Assembly (NCBI GenBank): GCA_964390845.1
Contig: CAYMIL010000003.1
Coordinates: 4,425-68,424 of the forward strand
DNA length: 64,000 bases
Direction: 5' to 3'
Source: an uncultured Candidatus Saccharibacteria bacterium
GTDB taxonomy: Bacteria; Patescibacteriota; Minisyncoccia; Phycocordibacterales; CALRHW01
The stretch's first letter is position 1. Each line of letters opens with the position of its first letter. Shown here piece by piece: positions 28,750-37,609 of the stretch. The translations under genes and the position numbers were made by a program. The notes beneath the pieces were generated by a model, which ran no database searches, had not been told where the DNA came from, and saw only the letters and a program-made list of their open reading frames with translations.

Positions 28750-29376
28750 ATGAAGCGGGGCATGCACACAAGAGAAAAAAGGCGATGCGGATGGGTGAGC
28801 GGGGATGCGCTCTATCAAAAATATCATGATGAAGAGTGGGGTGTGCCGGTGCACGATGACAGAAAACTTTTTGAGGCAGTCATTCTCGATACATTTCAGG
28901 CTGGACTCTCGTGGTTTACTATTTTAAAGAAGCGCGAAAACTTTCGCCGTGCCTTCGATAATTTTGACGCACAAAAGATTGCTCGCTATGATGCGCGCAA
29001 ACGCGTAGCGCTTATGCGCGATGTCGGCATTGTCCGCAACCGTCTAAAAATTCAAGCCGCGATTGCCAACGCGCAGGCATTTCTGAGGGTCCAAAAAGAA
29101 TTTGGTACATTTGATACATATATATGGCAGTTTGTGGGTGGAAAGCCGAAAGTAAATGCGTGGAAAACACACACAGAGCTTCCGCCTCGCAGTGTCGAGT
29201 CTGACGCTATGAGTGCTGACCTTAAAAAACGCGGGTTTAAATTTGTCGGCTCTACAATTTGCTATGCGTTTATGCAGGCCGTGGGCATGATACATGACCA
29301 CACAATAGATTGTTTCAGGTATAATAAGACATATAAAAGGCGTATAGATCATGCACGACGAACTTCCAAAAAATAA
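28750..29376 (+). CDS. tag: DNA-3-methyladenine glycosylase I
   Basis: RCGW, YHDEEWG, QAGLSW and GFKFVG motifs. Confidence 0.96.
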   Translation: MKRGMHTREKRRCGWVSGDALYQKYHDEEWGVPVHDDRKLFEAVILDTFQAGLSWFTILKKRENFRRAFDNFDAQKIARYDARKRVALMRDVGIVRNRLKIQAAIANAQAFLRVQKEFGTFDTYIWQFVGGKPKVNAWKTHTELPPRSVESDAMSADLKKRGFKFVGSTICYAFMQAVGMIHDHTIDCFRYNKTYKRRIDHARRTSKK

Positions 29377-29752
29377 TGAGGAATGGCGAAGTAAGCTGAC
29401 CCCAGAGCAGTATGCTGTTATGCGTGAGAAGGGTACAGAAGCACCTTTTTCGGGCAAATATGTGCACACCAAGGACAAGGGTGTGTACAAATGTGCCGCA
29501 TGTGGTCAGGAATTGTTTTCTTCTGATACAAAATTCGACTCTGGTACAGGGTGGCCGAGTTTTGATGATGTTGTATCAAACAACAACATAGAGACGCGTG
29601 AAGACCGAGAGTTTGGTATGCATCGTGTAGAGGTGTTGTGCAAAAAATGTGGTGCTCACCTCGGGCATGTATTTCACGATGGTCCGACCCCAACAGGCAA
29701 GCGCTACTGTATCAACTCCGTCTGTCTCGACCTAGATTCGGGCAACTCTTGA
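29351..29752 (+). CDS. msrB: Methionine-R-sulfoxide reductase
   Basis: GTE, GWPSF, HLGHVF and RYCINS motifs. Confidence 0.97.
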   Translation: MHDELPKNNEEWRSKLTPEQYAVMREKGTEAPFSGKYVHTKDKGVYKCAACGQELFSSDTKFDSGTGWPSFDDVVSNNNIETREDREFGMHRVEVLCKKCGAHLGHVFHDGPTPTGKRYCINSVCLDLDSGNS

Positions 29753-29906
29753 CTTTTTTCTTAAATCGAGTATGATAGCGGCAGTAAGTTTTCTCAGCAT
29801 TCGACGGGTGAGGCAGTGGGCGATGTTTATCGAAACACGATCTCCAGAAGAACATGAGAGTACCAGTCGCTTACGAATTTAAAAGCCAAAGACTGGTGTA
29901 TCATAG
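29749..29906 (+). promoter_or_regulatory. Promoter and candidate structured 5' leader of the RRM gene
   Basis: TTGACT-16-TATGAT; about 125-nt leader with several complementary segments. Confidence 0.5.
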
Positions 29907-30179
29907 ATGGCTACAAAGCTCTATGTGGGTGGCATTCCTTACAGCTCAACAGAGAACTCTCTCCGAGATGCATTCTCAAAGGCTGGTGAGGTTGTGTCAG
30001 CTACTATTATCAACGACAAAGTAACTGGACGATCCCGAGGATTTGGTTTCGTCGAGATGGCATCTGCAGAAGGCGCGCAAGCAGCAATCGAGATGTATCA
30101 CGACAAGCCATTTGAAGGACGAACACTCACAGTGAACGAAGCTCGACCAATGGAAGAGCGACCTCCACGACGAATGTAA
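29907..30179 (+). CDS. RRM (RNP-1) RNA-binding protein
   Basis: KLYVGGI (RNP2), RSRGFGFVEM (RNP1), VNEARP. Confidence 0.96.
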   Translation: MATKLYVGGIPYSSTENSLRDAFSKAGEVVSATIINDKVTGRSRGFGFVEMASAEGAQAAIEMYHDKPFEGRTLTVNEARPMEERPPRRM

Positions 30180-30184
30180 GTTGA

Positions 30185-30217
30185 ACAAAAAGACCCCTCA
30201 CGGGGTCTTTTTGTTTT
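30185..30217 (+). terminator. Intrinsic terminator
   Basis: AACAAAAAGACCCC-TCAC-GGGGTCTTTTTGTT. Confidence 0.85.
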
Positions 30218-30232
30218 GGTATACTGATATAC

Positions 30233-30673
30233 ATGAAGAGAAATTTTTTTATTGAAATTGTATGCCTTGTTGTGGTCGTGTTGCTGTTTATTAATGCGTT
30301 TACATCACGAACTATTCCACCCACACAGACAATTTCGGTCGGAGGCGCCCTCGTATCTGTCGAAGTTGCCGACACAATAGCATCGCGCACGCAAGGACTT
30401 TCTGGTCGCGACAGTCTTGGTATCAATTCTGGGTTGTTGTTTGTGTTTGATGAGCCCGAAGAGGTGGGTATTTGGATGAAGGATATGAAATTTCCGATTG
30501 ATATTATTTGGATAGATGAAGAAGGGGTTGTGATTGATGTTGTTGAAGGTGCAACGCCAGAATCGTATCCAACAGTGTACACGCCGTATCGTGATGCTAC
30601 GTATGTGCTTGAAGTAAACAGTGGTTTTGCATCAACACATCGCATTCGTTCGGGTACACGCGTCACTTTTTAG
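30233..30673 (+). CDS. DUF192 domain protein
   Basis: EVADT..RTQGLSGR, WMKDMKFPIDIIW, YVLEV. Confidence 0.93.
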   Translation: MKRNFFIEIVCLVVVVLLFINAFTSRTIPPTQTISVGGALVSVEVADTIASRTQGLSGRDSLGINSGLLFVFDEPEEVGIWMKDMKFPIDIIWIDEEGVVIDVVEGATPESYPTVYTPYRDATYVLEVNSGFASTHRIRSGTRVTF

Positions 30674-30943
30674 TATTTTTTGCGAAAAAACCGCATTTTT
30701 TTGAAAAAAATGTGGAAAAGTCAAAAACTTTTTTCAATTTTTCTCTAAAAAATTGAAACGAGGTGTCAATTTTACTCCCTTTTTAAGGGGCATTTTGTCT
30801 TGTTGTCGGGCGCGCTCTTTACAGTCTCTTTTTTTTATTTCATGACCCCTAAAAATGGCTTTATCCACTGTTCTGCTCGCTATCTTTTTCGGGTAAAATG
30901 AGGAAACGACTTTAGAAGATTTTTATTAGCACCATATCCGAGT

Positions 30944-33613
30944 ATGAGCATCACTATAAAAAAGACGGACGGCACAAAAGAAGCGTTTAACGCTGATAAA
31001 ATCAATCGATCGATTGAGCGTGCGTGTAAGGGAATGCTTGATCCTATCAGCATGGTGACGCAAATTGCGACCGAAACTCGATTTACGTTGTTTGATGGCA
31101 TCACCACAGATGAAATTGATCAGGCAACGATCAACGCCGCACTTCAAAACGTCAAAGATGATCCGGATTATGACAAGGTGGCTACTCGACTCCTCCTCAA
31201 AACGATTTATCGAAAGGTGCTCGGTGATTATGATAAAGATGATGTCGAAGAACTCAAGAAAAAACATCGAGAAACATTTCCAGCGTACATAAAATCTGCT
31301 GTTGCCGACGGACGCATGCATCAAAACATGATCGACAAGTTTAATCTTGCCGATCTTGCTGGCGCGCTCAACATCGATCGCGATGAATTTTTCCAGTACG
31401 CAGGTCTTTCGGGATTCCTCAATCGATATGCTCTCAAAAATCTCGATCAATCTGTTCGGGAAACACCGCAATACTTCTTTATGCGTGTCGCGATGGGGCT
31501 TTCATACAATGAAAAAGATCCAACAGCCGCTGCAAAAAAGTTTTATCACAAGATGTCAAAGTTTGAGTACATCGCTGGTGGCTCGACAAACCTCGGTGCT
31601 GGCTCTGTGCGTCCCGCTCTCTCAAATTGTTTCTTGCTTGAGGTGCACGACGATCTCGATCATATCGCAAAATCTGTTTCCGACATTATGCGATTGTCGA
31701 AATCATCTGGCGGTATCGGCGCGTCGATGACAAAATTGCGCGCGGCGGGCTCACCACTGCTTACAAACCCAGGTACATCAACCGGCCCGACTCCGTTTGC
31801 AAAAATTATCGACACAGCAATCCGAGCTATTCAGCGTGGAGGAAAGAAAAAAGGTGCACTCGCATTTTACATGGAAAATTGGCATCTCGACTTCCCGGAG
31901 TTTATTGATTGGAAGCACAATGCGGGCGATGACTACATGCGCATGCGCACCGCCAACACTGCCGCGTTTTTGTCTGATGAGTTTATGAAGCGCGTGCAGT
32001 CGGGTGGAGACTGGTACATGTTTGATCCAAAGGAAACTCCAGACCTCAACGAGCTCTATGGCAAGAAGTTTAGCGAACGATACGCTCAGTATATTCAGAT
32101 GGCGGAAGAGGGAAAGCTCCGGATTTTCAAAAAAGTTCCTGCTCGCGAGCAAATGCGTCAGATTCTTGTTGCGCTTCAGTCGACATCTCACCCATGGCTT
32201 GTGTGGAAAGATTCTATCAATCTTCGAGCACTCAACAACAATACGGGCACGATCCATATGTCCAATTTGTGTACGGAAATTTGTCTTCCTCAGGACAGAA
32301 ACAATATCGCCGTATGTAACCTCATCTCTGTAAACATTGTTGCGCACATCAACAACAAAGAAGTAAATTGGGGAAGGCTCGAAGAGAGTGTGCGACTCGC
32401 TGTCCGACAGCTCGACAATCTTGTCGACATCAACGAGCTTCCACTCCCAGAAGCAAATCGTTCGGATAAAGAAAACAGAGCAATCGGTCTTGGCGTGATG
32501 GGATTTGCGGATGCCGTTGAGCGACTCGGCCTCTCATATGATAGTCCGCATGCGTGGGATTTTGCCGACAGAATTTTTGAATTCATTAGCTACATGGCTA
32601 TTGATGAAAGCGCAAATCTCGCACAAGAGCGCGGAAGCTACACGCATTTTGATGGCTCTGAGTGGTCCAAGGGACACGTTCCGTTTGATACTATCGCAAA
32701 GCTCGAGCGTGACAGAGGCGTTATGCTCAGTGTTTCAAAAGAAAGCAAGCACCGAGGTCTCAATTGGGATGTCCTTCGGGAAAAGGTAAAGAAAGGAATG
32801 CGAAACGCAACATTGATGGCGGTCGCTCCAAATGCAAACATCGGTTTGCTCGCCGCAACAACTCCAGGTATCGACCCGCGTTTTGCTCAAGTATTTTCTC
32901 GAAACAAAATTTCTGGAAAGTATCTCGACATCAACCACAATCTTGTGAAAGATCTCAAAAATATGGGTATTTGGGAAAAAACTCGTGAAATAATTATCGA
33001 GCGACAAGGAGATATCTCAGAGATTGCGGAGATTCCACAACACGTTCGCGATGTCTACAAAACAGCATTCACCACTTCACCGCACGCATTCGTTGAGGTT
33101 GCCGCTCGTGCTCAGAAATGGGTCGACCAAGCGATTTCTCGAAACATGTACCTTGAGACTCGCGACATCGACGAGACAATGAGTGTCTATATGGGCGCGT
33201 GGGAGAAGGGTCTCAAGTCTACATATTACTTGCACATGAAGCCGCGACACACAGCAGAGCAAAGTACTGTTGCGGTCAATAAAGCACAGAAGATTGGTAA
33301 GGTTGGTTTTGCTGCGATAGGTTCAATGAAGTCTGCGCCACTTCAAACTCCTGCGTTTGCCGCTGTCGGCGCGGTGACCGCTCCACTTCCGCTCGGCAAA
33401 ACAGTTCCTGTTGCTGAAGAGGTGAAGACTGTTGCGCCACAGCCTGTTCATACACCCGCTCCGGAGCCTGTGGCTGTCTCGGCGCCTATGCCAGAACATA
33501 AGCAGGGAGGTTTTGCTTCTGTTGCGGTAGCTACGGCAGAACCCCGGCGTGAATTCAAAGTGCATGGCCCAGTAGATCCAGCAGACGCAAATATTTGTGA
33601 TAGTTGCCAGTAG
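30944..33613 (+). CDS. nrdA: Ribonucleotide reductase alpha subunit with N-terminal ATP cone
   Basis: SNCF, SNLCTEI, VCNL, KSTYY and C-terminal CDSCQ motifs. Confidence 0.97.
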   Translation: MSITIKKTDGTKEAFNADKINRSIERACKGMLDPISMVTQIATETRFTLFDGITTDEIDQATINAALQNVKDDPDYDKVATRLLLKTIYRKVLGDYDKDDVEELKKKHRETFPAYIKSAVADGRMHQNMIDKFNLADLAGALNIDRDEFFQYAGLSGFLNRYALKNLDQSVRETPQYFFMRVAMGLSYNEKDPTAAAKKFYHKMSKFEYIAGGSTNLGAGSVRPALSNCFLLEVHDDLDHIAKSVSDIMRLSKSSGGIGASMTKLRAAGSPLLTNPGTSTGPTPFAKIIDTAIRAIQRGGKKKGALAFYMENWHLDFPEFIDWKHNAGDDYMRMRTANTAAFLSDEFMKRVQSGGDWYMFDPKETPDLNELYGKKFSERYAQYIQMAEEGKLRIFKKVPAREQMRQILVALQSTSHPWLVWKDSINLRALNNNTGTIHMSNLCTEICLPQDRNNIAVCNLISVNIVAHINNKEVNWGRLEESVRLAVRQLDNLVDINELPLPEANRSDKENRAIGLGVMGFADAVERLGLSYDSPHAWDFADRIFEFISYMAIDESANLAQERGSYTHFDGSEWSKGHVPFDTIAKLERDRGVMLSVSKESKHRGLNWDVLREKVKKGMRNATLMAVAPNANIGLLAATTPGIDPRFAQVFSRNKISGKYLDINHNLVKDLKNMGIWEKTREIIIERQGDISEIAEIPQHVRDVYKTAFTTSPHAFVEVAARAQKWVDQAISRNMYLETRDIDETMSVYMGAWEKGLKSTYYLHMKPRHTAEQSTVAVNKAQKIGKVGFAAIGSMKSAPLQTPAFAAVGAVTAPLPLGKTVPVAEEVKTVAPQPVHTPAPEPVAVSAPMPEHKQGGFASVAVATAEPRREFKVHGPVDPADANICDSCQ

Positions 33614-33661
33614 TACCAGACAACACAATCCGTTTTTACCAACCACTAACCACACATCATT

Positions 33662-34687
33662 ATGTTGATAGGCAAAGCATCCCCAGAAGACATGAATCTT
33701 CACCCACTCAATTATCGGTGGGCATACGATCTCTACAATCAAGCAGTACGAAATACATGGTTTCCACACGAAATTGCTCTTAAAGAAGATCTCGAGGACT
33801 GGGAGAAGATGACAGAAGATGAGCGTCATGCGGTCAAGTTTTTGATGGCGTTCTTTAACCCTGCTGAGTTGATAGTTAATCGATCGATTGCGCTCGGTAT
33901 TTATCCATACTTAAAGTCGCCAGAGTGTCATTTGTATCTCGCAAAGCAAATGTGGGAGGAGGCAAATCATTGTGTTGCGTTTGAGTATGTGCTCGAGACA
34001 TTCCCTTTTGATCGAGAAAAGATTTTTGACCTTCATTTGCAGGTTCCATCGATGCAGGCAAAAGAGGTGTATATCAACAAGTATATGAAGCGTATGACAG
34101 AAGATACGCTCGACATCTCTACTGTTGAAGGAAAGAAAGATTTTATTCGAAACCTTGTCGCGACAAATATTGTGATGGAAGGCGTGTGGTTTTACAGTGG
34201 TTTTATGGTGGCGCTTTCATTCCGTCAGCGCAACCAACTTCGAAATTTTGGCTCAATGATCAACTGGGTTCTCCGTGATGAGAGTCTTCACTTGAAATTT
34301 GGTATTAACCTTATTCACAATATTCTTGAGGAAAATCAGGAATTGCTCACTGAAGATTTTGCATCAGAGATTCGCGATATTATTATTGAGGGCGTAAATC
34401 TTGAAACTGGTTACAACAAAGACTTGTTCCCAAATGGTATTCTCGGTCTCAATGCAGACTACGTCAACCAGTATGTGCAGTATGTTGCAGATCGCCGTCT
34501 TGAGGAGCTTGGTCTTCCAAAGCATTACAATGTTACAAATCCTGCAAAATGGATGAGTACAGCAACAGATGTGTTTGAGTTGGTAAACTTCTTTGAGGCG
34601 CAGAATACGAGTTATGAAGTGGATGCGCGCGCACACAGTGCTGGTGCCGAGAAAAAAGAAGGGGAGATAGCTCCCGCGAGCGAATAA
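33662..34687 (+). CDS. nrdB: Ribonucleotide reductase beta subunit, class Ic-type (R2c)
   Basis: EEANH and RDESLH metal ligands, NFFE...Y tail; Glu69 and Phe107 signature. Confidence 0.93.
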   Translation: MLIGKASPEDMNLHPLNYRWAYDLYNQAVRNTWFPHEIALKEDLEDWEKMTEDERHAVKFLMAFFNPAELIVNRSIALGIYPYLKSPECHLYLAKQMWEEANHCVAFEYVLETFPFDREKIFDLHLQVPSMQAKEVYINKYMKRMTEDTLDISTVEGKKDFIRNLVATNIVMEGVWFYSGFMVALSFRQRNQLRNFGSMINWVLRDESLHLKFGINLIHNILEENQELLTEDFASEIRDIIIEGVNLETGYNKDLFPNGILGLNADYVNQYVQYVADRRLEELGLPKHYNVTNPAKWMSTATDVFELVNFFEAQNTSYEVDARAHSAGAEKKEGEIAPASE

Positions 34688-34716
34688 TACCCCCACACGG
34701 GTGATATACTAACAGT

Positions 34717-35742
34717 ATGAAAAAGATTAAAGTTGCAATAAATGGCGCGGGCCGAATCGGAAGAGCGTTTATCAAAGTAGCACACGGACGAAAAGAGCTT
34801 GAGGTTGTTGCGATAAATGACCTAGGAAATATCGATAATATTGCGTATTTACTCAAATACGATACAGCCTATGGCGTAACGCCGTTTGATGTAACTGTAT
34901 CTGCTGACAAAAAAGAACTTATCGTAGATGGTCAGAAGATTGCGTATTGTAGTGAAAAAGATCCTGCGATGTTGCCATGGAGCGACCTTGGTGTGGATGT
35001 TGTTGTCGAATCAACAGGCCTCTTCACAAGCTTCGAGGCGTCTCGAGCGCACATAAAAGCAGGCGCGAAGAAAGTGGTAATCAGCGCTCCAGCAAAAGAC
35101 GATGCTCCAGCTGACGGCGCGACAATTCTCATGGGTATCAACGAGGAAAAATTTGCGACATGCGCAATCACCTCAAATGCATCGTGCACCACAAACTCTG
35201 CAAGTCCGCTCATTGCGATTTTGCATGAGGCGCTTGGTATCGAGAAAGCAATGCTCAATACGGTCCATGCCTACACAGCAAGCCAGGGAATTGTCGATGG
35301 TCCAAATAAAAAAGATTTTCGTGAAGGTCGCGCGGCGGCGATGAATATTGTGCCGTCGTCAACGGGTGCGGCGATTGCTGTTACAAAAGCATTCCCAGAA
35401 CTCGCAGGAAAGTTTGATGGTATCTCAATGCGCGTACCAGTGGTTGTTGGTTCTATTGCAGACATCACCTTTATTTCAAAGCGCGACACAACTGCTGAAG
35501 AGGTAAATGATATTTTGAAAAAAGCTGCAGGCGAAAAGCGATGGCAGAATATTTTTGCTGTTACTGAAGAAGATCTCGTGTCTTCTGATATTAAGGGAAG
35601 TAAGTATGCTTCAATTGCCGACCTCTCCTTTACGCGTGTTGTTGGTGGAAATCTTGTAAAAGTCCTTGCGTGGTACGACAACGAAATGGGGTACACCCAT
35701 ACTCTCGTTGATCATGTGGTAAAAGCGGGGCAGGCGGCGTAG
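34717..35742 (+). CDS. gap: Glyceraldehyde-3-phosphate dehydrogenase
   Basis: INGAGRIGR, SNASCTTN and WYDNE motifs. Confidence 0.98.
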   Translation: MKKIKVAINGAGRIGRAFIKVAHGRKELEVVAINDLGNIDNIAYLLKYDTAYGVTPFDVTVSADKKELIVDGQKIAYCSEKDPAMLPWSDLGVDVVVESTGLFTSFEASRAHIKAGAKKVVISAPAKDDAPADGATILMGINEEKFATCAITSNASCTTNSASPLIAILHEALGIEKAMLNTVHAYTASQGIVDGPNKKDFREGRAAAMNIVPSSTGAAIAVTKAFPELAGKFDGISMRVPVVVGSIADITFISKRDTTAEEVNDILKKAAGEKRWQNIFAVTEEDLVSSDIKGSKYASIADLSFTRVVGGNLVKVLAWYDNEMGYTHTLVDHVVKAGQAA

Positions 35743-35798
35743 TTTGTACAGAAAACCCACCACTCCGACAGGTAGCAGGCTTCCTGTTGTGTGGTGGG

Positions 35799-36293
35799 TT
35801 AGTCGCCGACTTGGATTCGGCGATGCGCTCCAGAGAGGAGGGGTTGGATCTCGTCAAACTCCTTCTGGCTGAGGACGACCACCTCCTTGGTGCCGTTCTC
35901 CTTCTTGACGAGGCGGACGATCTTGCGCTTGTCGATCTCGCCGTTTGCCTTGGTGGTGTACCAGTGGATGTCGGAAGGGCTGTTCACCCAGTGCTTGCCG
36001 CCGACGATGATCGGCACAAAGTTGCGCTGGATCTTGACCTTCGTCTTGATGAGCGCGTGGGCGACCTCGATGGCTTCGGCGTGGAACTCCTTCCATGAAC
36101 CACCCTTGAGGCGCTCGCAGAGCTTCTCGAAACCACCAGAGAGCCCAAGCTCGCAGGACTCGTAGATGAAATCGACGTCGTCGATCTCCCGGTCGCCACG
36201 GACGATGTCCGCGATGGTGTTCTCAAGACCGATGCCGATCTTGGGCTGGGCCTCATTGAGGCCTGGGACAGGAATGGGCGCGTTGTCAGACAT
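35799..36293 (-). CDS. Hypothetical protein (SD-led, C/G-ending codons)
   Basis: AAAAGGAG SD, strong codon bias, terminator hairpin at about 35750-35800. Confidence 0.72.
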   Translation of the reverse strand: MSDNAPIPVPGLNEAQPKIGIGLENTIADIVRGDREIDDVDFIYESCELGLSGGFEKLCERLKGGSWKEFHAEAIEVAHALIKTKVKIQRNFVPIIVGGKHWVNSPSDIHWYTTKANGEIDKRKIVRLVKKENGTKEVVVLSQKEFDEIQPLLSGAHRRIQVGD

Positions 36294-36414
36294 GGGTCGA
36301 ATCTCCTTTTCCCCGGAGGGGTGTATAGGCTTGACGTAGAGGAACGTTCAGGAAATACAGTACAATATATACATATTTTAATCAATCCCTTAGGGTACGT
36401 GGTACAATATATTC

Positions 36415-36903
36415 ATGCAACAGATTTTTATCGCGTCCGATCATGCAGGATTTGAACTCAAACAAGAACTTGTTTCTTTTTTGCGTGGTATGGGATATGA
36501 CGTCAAAGATTTTGGCGCTCACGAATTTAATGCAGACGATGATTATCCAGATTTTATTGCTCCGCTTGCGCGTGAAATATCACAGAGTGCTTTACGTGGT
36601 GAGGATGTAAAGGGGATTATTCTTGGTGGTTCGGGCCAAGGTGAAGCAATTGTCGCCAACAGGTTTCCACATGTCCGCGCGGTGGTGTTTAATGGTCAGT
36701 ATGCGCCCACAGATGGTCGCCAGGTTCCGCACGAAATCATAACATCGCGCGAACACAATGACGCAAACATTTTGTCGCTTGGCGCGCGCTTTATTTCATC
36801 TCAAGAAGCACGAGACGCTGTTGAGGTTTGGCTTGCGACAAAGTTTTCGGGCGAAGAGCGTCATGTGCGTCGCATACAAAAGATAAACGATATCACTATC
36901 TAA
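36415..36903 (+). CDS. rpiB: Ribose-5-phosphate isomerase B
   Basis: SDHAG, DYPD, GGSGQGE, HNDAN and RH..R motifs. Confidence 0.96.
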   Translation: MQQIFIASDHAGFELKQELVSFLRGMGYDVKDFGAHEFNADDDYPDFIAPLAREISQSALRGEDVKGIILGGSGQGEAIVANRFPHVRAVVFNGQYAPTDGRQVPHEIITSREHNDANILSLGARFISSQEARDAVEVWLATKFSGEERHVRRIQKINDITI

Positions 36904-36907
36904 TTAT

Positions 36908-37609
36908 ATGACTGAGATTATTCCCGCAATTATGCCGACAAGCTTTTCCGACCTTGAGGATAAGCTCGGCCTTGTTGCTTCACACGTATCTCTTGTGCAG
37001 ATAGATGTTATGGATGGCCGACTTACTCCTGCAAAGACGTGGCCATATGCGACCGGCGAGCTCGATAAAAATTTTGTGAAAATAATACAGGAAGAAGAGG
37101 GGTTTCCTTTTTGGAATGATGTCGATTTTGAAGCAGATCTCATGGTGCGCGAGCCGGAAAAGATTTGGCGTGATTGGGTGAGTGCCGGTGCAAAGCGACT
37201 CATTTTCCATCTTGAGTCGCTTGCTCAGCCAGAAGAATTTCTCGACATGATGAGAAAAAATGCTGTCGCAAAGGATTCTCCACTCTACACAGAGATTGGG
37301 TTGGCGATACGGATTAGCACTGACAACGATGTGTTGTATCCACTTATTCCACATATCGATTTTGTGCAGTGTATGGGTATTATGGAAATTGGTGTGCAGG
37401 GGTCTGCATTTGATGAACGTGTACTTGAGAAGGTTGCGGATTTGCGTGCGAAGTTTCCTGAACTTATAATAAGTGTTGATGGTGGTGTAAATATGGAGAC
37501 CGTGCCACGACTCATCGAAGCGGGAGTTAATCGTCTCGCGATTGGTTCTGCAATATTTGCCGCAGAACATCCAGAAGACGCGCTGAAAGCTTTTCAACAC
37601 AATGAGTGA
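36908..37609 (+). CDS. rpe: Ribulose-phosphate 3-epimerase
   Basis: QIDVMDG, VDGGVN and GSAIF motifs. Confidence 0.92.
   Translation: MTEIIPAIMPTSFSDLEDKLGLVASHVSLVQIDVMDGRLTPAKTWPYATGELDKNFVKIIQEEEGFPFWNDVDFEADLMVREPEKIWRDWVSAGAKRLIFHLESLAQPEEFLDMMRKNAVAKDSPLYTEIGLAIRISTDNDVLYPLIPHIDFVQCMGIMEIGVQGSAFDERVLEKVADLRAKFPELIISVDGGVNMETVPRLIEAGVNRLAIGSAIFAAEHPEDALKAFQHNE

Noticed and set aside
30925-30945. NrdR box just before nrdA (GCACCATATCCGAGTA)
   Set aside because: Only a partial match to the palindromic consensus, and no second box.
35750-35802. AAC...GTT-bounded hairpins after accessory genes (also 26861-26896) as integron attC sites
   Set aside because: The R boxes do not match RYYYAAC/GTTRRRY, the hairpins are short and followed by T-runs, the genes are not in a tandem array and no IntI is present. 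Intrinsic terminators explain them.
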